Shown: positions 8,832 through 17,020 of the stretch, piece after piece
How positions within the stretch are numbered: position 1 is the stretch's first letter
Layout: each line of letters opens with the position of its first letter
From: an uncultured bacterium
GTDB lineage: Bacteria; Poribacteria; WGA-4E; B28-G17
Direction: 5' to 3'
Length of the DNA stretch: 36,666 bases
Assembly (NCBI GenBank): GCA_964535855.1
Contig: CAZHVH010000001.1
Coordinates: 1-36,666, forward strand
Made by a program: the position numbers and the translations under genes
The notes under the pieces: generated by a model
What the model was told of the DNA's origin: nothing
The model's input: only the letters and a program-made list of their open reading frames with translations
Databases searched by the model: none

Positions 8832-9719
8832 CTAGCTGAACCATGTCCAGAATTTCCACCATCGTCTCGAAGCCTTGGAGCGTAATCTGTTAAGTTGTCT
8901 AGTCTGCTCCTCAAGCTGGCGGGTTAATTGCATGATTATGGCGTCCGAACGCCTCCTGGCCTCCTCAAGTTGAGCCTCCCTTTGGTGAGCTATCCTGAGC
9001 TCCTCACGAAGCCTAGCGACTTCCTCCCTTAGCATGTTTATCTGCTGGATCAGAGGATCCTCCACCTCCGGCATTCCGAGTTCATGAAGTTCAATCTGTC
9101 TGCTGAGGACGTAGCTGACGATTTTATCCTGTAAGCTAAAATCGGTGAATTTAAAGTTTACCCCGAGTCCGAAAACATTGCTTTCCGGTCTCATTCTAAA
9201 GATCCTAATCACATTGGCTGGTATCGTAAATCTACCTTTATCAGACAATTCGAAATCGAGGTTTATCTCCGCGCCCTTAGGAATTTCACCTTCACTTTCT
9301 AGCCCCAGCGATATCAACATTCCCGATCCGCTGACGTTCAATGCTGTCCCCTCATAGTTCCGCTTGCCGTACTCAGTTTGAATTTTCACAGGGATATCGA
9401 CAAGCACCCTCGCGAAATTGCGCATAGGTATGGGGTTTTCCTCATCTAAAGCGACGACCAACATGTCATAACCGGTAACCGGATCAGGTTCTATAAACTG
9501 AGCTATGGTTCTATAAGTTCTATTTTCCCCGCTGTTGGTCAACTCAGTTATCATAACCTCTGTTCCCTTCTTTATGGCGATCGAATTGCCATCCTCATCT
9601 ATAGGAGGGATGATCTTAGCTATGGTGGAATCCAAGTACCTTATCCGGCTTTCGTACTCCGGTATCCCCTCTATATTCACTTTTATCCTTCTATTGATCT
9701 TGATACTTCTTTTAGGCAT
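8832..9719 (-). CDS. YcgR-like PilZ-domain c-di-GMP receptor with C-terminal coiled coil and Trp-rich tail
   Basis: PilZ motifs RxxxR (RNFAR) and N-x-S-x-x-G (NVSGSG) are present. I prefer ATG 9719, which is preceded by GGAGGGGG. The ORF-track start at 9746 is a TTG. The C-terminus is a heptad-rich REEVARLREELRIAHQREAQLEEARRR... ending RRWWKFWTWFS. Confidence 0.75.
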   Translation of the reverse strand: MPKRSIKINRRIKVNIEGIPEYESRIRYLDSTIAKIIPPIDEDGNSIAIKKGTEVMITELTNSGENRTYRTIAQFIEPDPVTGYDMLVVALDEENPIPMRNFARVLVDIPVKIQTEYGKRNYEGTALNVSGSGMLISLGLESEGEIPKGAEINLDFELSDKGRFTIPANVIRIFRMRPESNVFGLGVNFKFTDFSLQDKIVSYVLSRQIELHELGMPEVEDPLIQQINMLREEVARLREELRIAHQREAQLEEARRRSDAIIMQLTRQLEEQTRQLNRLRSKASRRWWKFWTWFS

Positions 9720-10695
9720 CGGATTTATCCCCCTCCGTATTTTCAACCTTTCTGAGGTTTCTAAGCTTGAGGGTTAACTCGACCCATCCGCGAGTCAAAT
9801 TGAGGGCCTTAGCGATTTGATCGGCGGAGTAGCCGGAGTCGAATAGACCGTATATCTCTCGCGCCTTAGAGGCGCTATCAGAGATGGATTCACCTAGGTT
9901 GACCTCCGAGGAAGCCTCTGAAGGCTTTATCGGAACTGATTTTTCCTCCGGTTTCTCCCCCTCAATTTCATCTTTATGTTTTAGCTCCTCTATTTCTGCT
10001 ATCAACCTCGCCTCCTGAGCTCTCATCTCTTCCAGGTTTTCCCTGGCCTGTTCAGCCTCCGATCTGGCGATCTCGAGCTCATGTTGAAGCTGTCCTATCC
10101 TCTCCTTTATCTGTTCGGCCTTAGCCTTTGACTCATCCGCTTCTCTTTTAGCCGCTTCTATCTCCGCTATGATTCGCGCCTCGGCAGCTAAAACTTCGCC
10201 TAAGTTTCTCTTGGCATCCTCTGCGACTTTCATTTCCCTATCCCGCTCAGCTTCTATCGCCTTAAGCCTCTGATTTGCGCGAATAAGATCCGCCCTTGCC
10301 TCCTCTGTTTTTCTCCTGAACTCCTCCACTCTCGGTTTCAATCGCTCTATCTCACGCTCTATATTTCTTTTCGAATCAGCTATCACATCGAGCTCTGCCG
10401 AAAGTCTCGCCTCGAGCATTTTAAGCTCCTCGAGCCTTTTTTTAAGCTCCTCCTCCTCGTATCGAGCTTGATTTAGACTTTCCTCAAGCCGTCTGTTTTC
10501 ATCTCGAACAACATCGATCTGCGCTTTCAGCTCATCTATCTTGTCCATCTCCGATTCCAAGATCGCTCTGAGTTTCGTCCGTTCGATTTTCAAGCTATCC
10601 AGATCATTTTGATTTTTCTCCGCCATTCTTCTGGACAGTTCCGATTGAACCTTAAGTTCTTCGAAATTCATCCTTTCGATCTCATTTCTATTCAC
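9712..10695 (-). CDS. Coiled-coil protein with a C-terminal HTH-like module (resembles DUF2802/DUF6115-type flagellar-locus tails)
   Basis: 327 aa with a GTG start after GAGGTGG. About 250 aa are E/R/K/A-rich heptads with the internal repeat EAR(I/L)IAEIE. The tail is AREIYGLFDSGYSADQIAKALNLTRGWVELTLKL. Confidence 0.6.
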   Translation of the reverse strand: MNRNEIERMNFEELKVQSELSRRMAEKNQNDLDSLKIERTKLRAILESEMDKIDELKAQIDVVRDENRRLEESLNQARYEEEELKKRLEELKMLEARLSAELDVIADSKRNIEREIERLKPRVEEFRRKTEEARADLIRANQRLKAIEAERDREMKVAEDAKRNLGEVLAAEARIIAEIEAAKREADESKAKAEQIKERIGQLQHELEIARSEAEQARENLEEMRAQEARLIAEIEELKHKDEIEGEKPEEKSVPIKPSEASSEVNLGESISDSASKAREIYGLFDSGYSADQIAKALNLTRGWVELTLKLRNLRKVENTEGDKSDA

Positions 10696-10704
10696 GTTTC
10701 CACC

Positions 10705-11031
10705 TCAGACCTTAACATCCAAGATATGGTGCTCAGGATCTATAAAACCCATATGCTCTTCGGCTTCCGTTTCAAATCGGCTTGAGCTTCGGTAATATCG
10801 GTTTTCACTATCTCTCCTTCTATTATGTCTTCCATGCTCCTGGGTTTGAATCGGCTCATGTTCCGGTCTCTCTGGGTGTTGCACTTGGATTTGGCGCTGT
10901 CGTATAACCTGTTGTAACTTCACGGCGAACTCATGTTGTTGATTAACCAAGCCTTGCTGATATGCTTCCTGAACCCTTTGGACTTCAAGCGTTCTAGCCA
11001 AAACGCTTTGGGTGCCTATCGGATTCGGCAT
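10705..11031 (-). CDS. Small Q/H/R/E-rich hypothetical protein
   Basis: 108 aa. The ATG has an AAGGGAG Shine-Dalgarno 9 nt upstream. It overlaps the fliA 3' end by 38 nt. I recognise no family. Confidence 0.45.
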   Translation of the reverse strand: MPNPIGTQSVLARTLEVQRVQEAYQQGLVNQQHEFAVKLQQVIRQRQIQVQHPERPEHEPIQTQEHGRHNRRRDSENRYYRSSSRFETEAEEHMGFIDPEHHILDVKV

Positions 11032-11833
11032 CTTGAATCACTCCCTTTGTTTCGCTTATGAAGGTCCTCAGCCTGCCTCTTATCCTAAGCACGGCCTTCG
11101 TATGTATTTGAGAGACTCTGGACTCCGATACTTTTAAAACGGCCCCTATCTCTTTCAAGGTTAGCCCCTCGTAGTAGTAGAGGGTTATGACCAGTCTTTC
11201 CCTCTCAGGTAGCTTCTCTATCGATTCGATCAACACTTTTTTCAGTTCTTTCATCTCCAACTGCTGAAGTGGGTCGGGTCTGGTATCTCGTATCGTATCA
11301 ACTATCTCTATCGGCTCATCATCTTCGCCGCTAGTGACGGTCTGATATAAGGAAAGTATGGTAACATGACTTACTTGATCGACGAGGTCGTGAAATTGCT
11401 CAAGCGATATAGACAGGTAATCAGCCATTTCCCTGTCGGAAGCGGGTCTACCCAGGGTATTTTCAAGTTGAGCATATGCCTTCTCAAGCTCGATCTGTTT
11501 ATGATATGTGGTGCGAGGCACCCATCCCAATTTTTTGGATTCGTCCAATATAGCGCCCTTTATTCTTTTAAGGGCAAAGGAGACAAAGCTAGTTCCATAA
11601 TCGAGCTGATATCTGTCGACGGCCTCTATCAGACCGGTGATTCCACAGCTGTAGACGTCGTCGAAATCCAAGGTAGGGGGAGGTGAGATCATCATCCTAT
11701 CGATGGCGTACTTAACGAGACCAACGTACTTTAAGATTAGCTCTTCCCGAGCTTCCCTGTCGCCATCCTTTTTAAACTTCAACCATAGCTTTTTTTCATC
11801 TTCTTCCAACCGATCATACCAGCGTGACATCAT
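10994..11833 (-). CDS. fliA: Flagellar sigma factor FliA (sigma-28, SigD/WhiG family)
   Basis: Region 2 is GITGLIEAVDRYQLDYGTSFVSFALKRIKGAILDE. Region 4 is LPERERLVITLYYYEGLTLKEIGAVLKVSESRVSQIHTKAVLRIR. The start forms an ATGA overlap with the upstream ORF. Confidence 0.9.
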   Translation of the reverse strand: MMSRWYDRLEEDEKKLWLKFKKDGDREAREELILKYVGLVKYAIDRMMISPPPTLDFDDVYSCGITGLIEAVDRYQLDYGTSFVSFALKRIKGAILDESKKLGWVPRTTYHKQIELEKAYAQLENTLGRPASDREMADYLSISLEQFHDLVDQVSHVTILSLYQTVTSGEDDEPIEIVDTIRDTRPDPLQQLEMKELKKVLIESIEKLPERERLVITLYYYEGLTLKEIGAVLKVSESRVSQIHTKAVLRIRGRLRTFISETKGVIQDAESDRHPKRFG

Positions 11834-12150
11834 CGCGTCATCTTAGTTATTCCGTCATCATCGATATCTATCTGTATTGTTGGCTCCCCCGAAGGAGCTT
11901 CCTCCTTTACTTCACCTTCCTTCTGTTCCTCTTTAATGTGCGTGAGATAGGCCAGGTAGAAAAAGATGGTTCCCACCCCCCACCCAACGACGAAGAAGAT
12001 GAGGAACGCTATAAACGAGTGATATAATACGGTTTGCAAATCGGCCGTTGAGAAGAGCCCAGGGATCAAAACGATGAAAAAGGCCACCCCTCCAAACACA
12101 GCTCCTAACTTCTGGGGTAACTCTACCAGATTACGGGGAAGCTCTGACAT
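11830..12150 (-). CDS. Small two-TM membrane protein, hypothetical
   Basis: Two hydrophobic helices (LGAVFGGVAFFIVLIPGLF and FIAFLIFFVVGWGVGTIFFYLAYL) followed by an acidic tail. The start is ambiguous. ATG 12150 gives no overlap. ATG 12207 overlaps the upstream gene by 49 nt. Confidence 0.5.
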   Translation of the reverse strand: MSELPRNLVELPQKLGAVFGGVAFFIVLIPGLFSTADLQTVLYHSFIAFLIFFVVGWGVGTIFFYLAYLTHIKEEQKEGEVKEEAPSGEPTIQIDIDDDGITKMTR

Positions 12151-12158
12151 CGCTTTTC

Positions 12159-12896
12159 TTATATTCCTCCAGCTTCTCTCTCTAGGAGCTGGTGAAAGAG
12201 CACACATTTCTGTATGTTCCTTCGCCTTTCCTCTCCCTCAGGGCCGAGGAAATTTTGCTCCTCATCGAATTCTATACCTATGAAATCGAAGGTTACAGCT
12301 TCTACCTCCCTCTGATATTTTCGTATGACCGTCCCGAATAACTCCATCTCATCGGAATAATCGAACTCACGCTTGGCTCCAAGTCCAGCTCTCTTAAGGC
12401 CTACAGGCAGGCTGAAACTCACGACAACATGATCACCCAGATTTGCCTCCTGAGGCGATTCGAGCTCTACCCTGAGGAGTATCCCTCCGGCGCTAAGGTT
12501 AACACATCTGACATCATCATAGACCCTAGGGGGCTGGAAGCTGGTGGTAAGCTTCAATGATTGGAAGGGAGATGTGATGGCCTGCCTTACGAATCTTCGA
12601 ACCCTCATGGGGGGATCTGGGGGTTCCATGATGGTGAGAGGTTCTCCTGTACTACGATCGGTGGTCTGTTCGCGAACCTTGGTGGTATAGGTAGTGGCGG
12701 GTCCTCCCTCAGTCTGTTCAAAGATCATTATCGTCCTTCCGGTTTCCAGGTGGAGGATGCTGCCACTTTCGCTGATGGGCGATTCGGCCACTATGTAGTC
12801 CGGCTTTATATCGAGTATACGGCTTGGATACTCCATTATACGAGGGCCTGTCCTGAGCTGAAGCGTAACCCTTCTTTCTATTTGTCGCTTAGCCAT
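12159..12896 (-). CDS. YcgR-like PilZ-domain c-di-GMP receptor
   Basis: RxxxR (RRFVR) and N-x-S-x-x-G (NLSAGG) motifs are present. The preferred start is ATG 12896, in a TAATG overlap with the flhG stop and preceded by AAGGAGAGGG. The ORF track extends to 13001. Confidence 0.75.
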   Translation of the reverse strand: MAKRQIERRVTLQLRTGPRIMEYPSRILDIKPDYIVAESPISESGSILHLETGRTIMIFEQTEGGPATTYTTKVREQTTDRSTGEPLTIMEPPDPPMRVRRFVRQAITSPFQSLKLTTSFQPPRVYDDVRCVNLSAGGILLRVELESPQEANLGDHVVVSFSLPVGLKRAGLGAKREFDYSDEMELFGTVIRKYQREVEAVTFDFIGIEFDEEQNFLGPEGEERRRNIQKCVLFHQLLEREAGGI

Positions 12897-13771
12897 TATC
12901 CCTCTCCTTGGTTTTGGATTTCGATCAAAAGATTGAAGAACTTGAGTATAACTTCGCTCACACCAATCTGCCCCATTGGAGGTCGGTTCGCATATATCCA
13001 ATCAACGATCTCCCTGATGTTCTTTGAGGCCGGCGAATCAGGAGAAACCTGCAAAAACGGCAATTTCCTCTCGCAGGCGGCGTTAACGCGCTGATCCAAC
13101 GGCACATATCCTGCCGTGCTGAGGTCGAAATTCAGGAACTTCCTGGCTGTGCTGGTTATGCTCTCGGCCACCAATAGCGCTTGATTTGGTCCTTCAGCCA
13201 TATTGACCAACAACGCAATATCGGTCTCTCTAAAACCATCATTGCTGTTCAACATCGACTTTATGGTCGCATAGCATTGGGCCCTCGCTTCAGGCGCAGG
13301 GGTAACCACGAACATAAGCTCCGGACACACCATAGAGAGAACAACGGACTGAAATGAGGATAACGTGCCTAGATCTATAAGCACGAACGGGTAATCCCTC
13401 TCGATTCTCTGGAAGTACTTCCTGATCCTTTCACTCACCCACGTTCGGTCTTCGATAGCATCCAGATCTATCTCGCCGAGATCTATCACTTTCACTTTCT
13501 CGATCGATGTAACAGCGGGAGAAGCTCTCAGACTATATTCGCCTTTTATCAGCCGCTCTGCCACGGTAACATCAGGGAGCTCCTCGACCCCCATTATAGG
13601 GGAGATTCCCTTTGAAGAAGCATTGATTATTATCACATCTCCTATCCTCTCTGTCAACCCGGCGGCTATATTGTAGATTATAGTTGACAACCCCACCTTT
13701 TCCTTCGCTCCTATTACGCCTAAGACCCTTTTGGCTACCAACTGCTTAAGCTTATCGGCTTGGCTTCTCAT
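12896..13771 (-). CDS. flhG: MinD/ParA-family flagellar number regulator FlhG (YlxH) with a degenerate Walker A
   Basis: The gene lies directly after flhF. VLGVIGAKEKVGLSTIIYNIAAGL aligns with the MinD/FlhG segment xxVxSGKGGVGKTTxxxNLAxxL. The Walker B-like DYPFVLIDLG and a C-terminal amphipathic helix VILKFFNLLIEI are present. Confidence 0.75.
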   Translation of the reverse strand: MRSQADKLKQLVAKRVLGVIGAKEKVGLSTIIYNIAAGLTERIGDVIIINASSKGISPIMGVEELPDVTVAERLIKGEYSLRASPAVTSIEKVKVIDLGEIDLDAIEDRTWVSERIRKYFQRIERDYPFVLIDLGTLSSFQSVVLSMVCPELMFVVTPAPEARAQCYATIKSMLNSNDGFRETDIALLVNMAEGPNQALLVAESITSTARKFLNFDLSTAGYVPLDQRVNAACERKLPFLQVSPDSPASKNIREIVDWIYANRPPMGQIGVSEVILKFFNLLIEIQNQGEG

Positions 13772-13776
13772 AGCGT

Positions 13777-14895
13777 CTACCCTTGCATCCGCTTTGAGCG
13801 GAGATTTTCCAAGATCTTCCCCATAAGATCGGGGTTTAACATAAAATCGACTATACGATCTATCGATGCTGGCTCTATATCATCCGGGACGTCCTGGCCT
13901 ATCCCGAAATATGATATCGGGTATCTGGTCGTATATGCGATGTTAACGAGAGAATCCAAAGATGTAGTTTCATCAACCTTCGTGAATATGAGGTTTGTGA
14001 CCGAGAGCTCACCGTATTCATCGATCACTTTCAGGAGATCCTGATATTTAGTGGTGGAGGTGAGCGCTAAGTGAACCTCATCTGGATTTAAAGATGAGAC
14101 ATACGCCTTGAGTTCAGCCATATGTATCTGATGAGTTGGACTTCTCCCCACAGTGTCCACGAAAACGATCTCCTTGCCTTCGAAGGAGTCGACAGCCTCT
14201 CGAGCCTCTTGAGGGCTGGTAGCAAGCTTTATAGGAAGGTTGATTATATCCGCGTAGGTCTTGAGCTGTTCAAAAGCGGCTATTCTATAGGCGTCTATGC
14301 TAACCAATCCGACGTCGTGGCCTTTCATTATAGAGTAGATGGCGGCGAGCTTCGCCGTGGTGGTGGTTTTGCCTACTCCGGTCGGGCCGACCAGAGCGAC
14401 CACTTTGGTTTTATCGCCGTCGATGGAGATCTCCCCTGAGATGGGGATGATTTGGCTCATCCGCCCGGCGAACTCCCTTTTGACCTCCTCAAACGTCAGC
14501 TCCTTTCCCTCTCTAAATCTCGTCGAGAGTATGTCATCCAAGAGGAATACCGATCTTTGAGCAAGCTCCCTGATCACGCCTTTTTTGATTATATCAGCGT
14601 ACACATCGTCCAGGGCCTTTCGAATTCCGACATCTATCTCCTCCTCCTCAACTCGCCTGGGTTCAACTGGAGGACGAGGCTTCTCCCTTATTGCTTCCAA
14701 AGTTCTTCTTCGCTTAGGTTTAACTTCAGGGTTAACGCCGGCTACAACTTCCAACATGTTCTTGCCCAGGAGGCCGAAAAAGCGCCGCCTGCGAATGTTT
14801 TTGATGCTAAGTATCACGGCGCCGGGCCCCAAGTCCTCCTTAATTCGGGCCAGCGCCTCAGTCATACTTTCAACCTCATAGGTTTTAACTCGCAT
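13777..14895 (-). CDS. flhF: SRP-type GTPase FlhF
   Basis: G1 is GPTGVGKTTTTAKLA, G3 is DTVGRS and G4 is TKVDET. The preferred start is ATG 14895 (MRVKTYEVESMTEAL), preceded by AAGGAGGG. The ORF track extends to 14958. Confidence 0.9.
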   Translation of the reverse strand: MRVKTYEVESMTEALARIKEDLGPGAVILSIKNIRRRRFFGLLGKNMLEVVAGVNPEVKPKRRRTLEAIREKPRPPVEPRRVEEEEIDVGIRKALDDVYADIIKKGVIRELAQRSVFLLDDILSTRFREGKELTFEEVKREFAGRMSQIIPISGEISIDGDKTKVVALVGPTGVGKTTTTAKLAAIYSIMKGHDVGLVSIDAYRIAAFEQLKTYADIINLPIKLATSPQEAREAVDSFEGKEIVFVDTVGRSPTHQIHMAELKAYVSSLNPDEVHLALTSTTKYQDLLKVIDEYGELSVTNLIFTKVDETTSLDSLVNIAYTTRYPISYFGIGQDVPDDIEPASIDRIVDFMLNPDLMGKILENLRSKRMQG

Positions 14896-14917
14896 GCGGC
14901 ATCCCTCCTTGATATTT

Positions 14918-17011
14918 TCAACTTTGCGGTCTTGCTCCGATGACTCCCACCGTCTCAACTTCCACGCTAGGATCTATCTCCTCATACGATAAAACACCAA
15001 TGCTCGGCAACATAGGTGCTATAAGACGACGGATATGGGGACGAATGGCTGAGGAACAGAGTATAACAGGCCTTATCCCGCGTGTCATCAACTCCTCCAA
15101 GGTGCGAGGTATCTCATTAAGAACCTGACGTAACAATCTAGGCTCCGGTGCAAATTGCACCCCTTCCTCGGTCATCTGGACGGATTCCTTCAACCTATTC
15201 TCCAGATCCGGATCGAACATCACCACTTGGAGTTTCCCATTCACCTTATACTGATCCACTATTTCCCTCCTGAGAGCCTGACGCACATATTCTACCAGGA
15301 GGTCGGTATTAACTATGGTGGTACCATCCGGTCGTCTTATGGTCGCCTTTCTTCCGTAATCGGCAAGCGTTTCTAGGATGGTCGTGAGATTTCGGATGGA
15401 GACCCTTTCTTCCAGCAGTCCACGTAGAACCTTATGCACATCAACCACCGACATGATATCAGGGATCAAGGCGCTAACCACAACGGGATTTCTCTCACGT
15501 AGGGAATCCAACATGTTCTGGACATCCTGAAGGCCTATCAGCTCATGGGCATAGCGTTTGATCACCTCTTCCAGATGGGTTGCCAAGACGGCGGAAGGCG
15601 TTACAACTACATACCCGGCCTTTTCAGCCCTTTCCCTCTCCGAGATAGGTATCCAGAGAGCTGGAGCACCAAACGCCGGGTCTTTCGTCTCTATACCCTC
15701 TATTTCCTCAGTTACGTTTCCAGGATTCATAGCGAACAGATGATTGGGCATGAGTTCCCCCCTAGCAACCTCTGAGCCTTTGATGCTGATTCTATATGAA
15801 GAGGAAGGAAGGGTCGGGTTATCGGTTATCCTTACAAGCGGTATTCTGTATCCCAACTCCCTAGCACAGCGTCTCCTTATCTCAGGTATCCTTTCGAGCA
15901 GGTCACCTCCCTGATCCTCATAAACGAGCGGCAATAAGCTATACCCTATCTCCACCAGGATCATATCGGGCTCCGCCAGTTCTGCTCCTTCCTCAACTGG
16001 CGTCGGTGGTGCTTCCTCCTCAGGAGGTCTCTCCGGCCTTCTAGCAGAGCGCCAAAGCACAAAAGCCGCCGCTCCGATGGCGAATGATATTATAACGAAC
16101 GGGAGTGTCGGTAAAGGCGTAAAGACACCGAAGAAAAAGAGAGCTATCGCCACGATCGCCATAGCAAGAGGTTGCGATAGCACCTGACGAGTCATATCGT
16201 ATCCCAGATCGATCTCTGACGAGGCACGGGTGACAAGTATTCCAGTCGCGGATGAGACGATCAAGGCTGGTATCTGAGTTACCAATCCATCGCCCACCGT
16301 CAGTATCGTATACGTGTGCACCGCCTGTGATAAACTCATCCCTTTCTGAATAAGTCCTATGGAAAGTCCACCGATTATATTTACCAATATTATGATGATG
16401 CCGGCTATGGCATCTCCCTTGACGAACTTGCTCGCGCCGTCCATAGCGCCATAGAAATCCGCCTCTCTCTGAATTTCTCTTCTCCTTTCCCTCGCCTCCT
16501 CATCTGTTATCAATCCGGCGTTCAGATCGGCATCTATGGCCATCTGTTTACCCGGCATCGCATCCAGTGTGAATCTGGCAGCGACCTCCGCCACCCTTTG
16601 AGCGCCGCTTGTAATAACGATGTACTGTATGGCGACCAGAATCAGAAACACCACAAACCCAACAACTATGTTTCCTCCGACCACAAACTGGCCAAACGCC
16701 TTTATCACCTCGCCAGCATACGCGTTGAGAAGTATCAGGCGGGTGGAAGCCACATTAAGGGCAAGCCTGAACAACGTGACCACAAGCAGCAAAGAGGGAA
16801 AGACCGAAAGATCTAAGGATTGGCGGCTGTATATGGTCAAAAGCAGGAGTATCAGGGAGAAAGATATGTTAAACGTCAGCAGGACATCCAATAGACGGGT
16901 GGGCAGGGGAATTACCATCATGACTAGGATCGCGATAAGAGCTATCGCTATGAAAACGCTGCCAAACCTTAAAGCCAAACCTATATTTGAAATGGTTCTA
17001 CCACCAAGCAT
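14918..17011 (-). CDS. flhA: Flagellar export gate protein FlhA
   Basis: 697 aa. It has a multi-TM N-terminal domain, the FHIPEP-type block GAQRVAEVAARFTLDAMPGKQMAIDADL, and a large cytoplasmic C-terminal domain. Confidence 0.95.
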   Translation of the reverse strand: MLGGRTISNIGLALRFGSVFIAIALIAILVMMVIPLPTRLLDVLLTFNISFSLILLLLTIYSRQSLDLSVFPSLLLVVTLFRLALNVASTRLILLNAYAGEVIKAFGQFVVGGNIVVGFVVFLILVAIQYIVITSGAQRVAEVAARFTLDAMPGKQMAIDADLNAGLITDEEARERRREIQREADFYGAMDGASKFVKGDAIAGIIIILVNIIGGLSIGLIQKGMSLSQAVHTYTILTVGDGLVTQIPALIVSSATGILVTRASSEIDLGYDMTRQVLSQPLAMAIVAIALFFFGVFTPLPTLPFVIISFAIGAAAFVLWRSARRPERPPEEEAPPTPVEEGAELAEPDMILVEIGYSLLPLVYEDQGGDLLERIPEIRRRCARELGYRIPLVRITDNPTLPSSSYRISIKGSEVARGELMPNHLFAMNPGNVTEEIEGIETKDPAFGAPALWIPISERERAEKAGYVVVTPSAVLATHLEEVIKRYAHELIGLQDVQNMLDSLRERNPVVVSALIPDIMSVVDVHKVLRGLLEERVSIRNLTTILETLADYGRKATIRRPDGTTIVNTDLLVEYVRQALRREIVDQYKVNGKLQVVMFDPDLENRLKESVQMTEEGVQFAPEPRLLRQVLNEIPRTLEELMTRGIRPVILCSSAIRPHIRRLIAPMLPSIGVLSYEEIDPSVEVETVGVIGARPQS

Positions 17012-17020
17012 GGTCCCACC

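Noticed and set aside
12561-13094. Long plus-strand ORFs antisense to flagellar genes: 12561..13094 (177 aa), 14452..14943 (163 aa), 17285..17749 (154 aa), 21736..22167 (143 aa), 4718..5122 (134 aa), 16620..17024 (134 aa)
   Set aside because: Each lies entirely inside a minus-strand gene with clear family motifs. Their products are low-complexity or Ser/Arg/Leu/Pro-rich with no recognisable motif. None has a convincing Shine-Dalgarno. They are most likely shadow ORFs.
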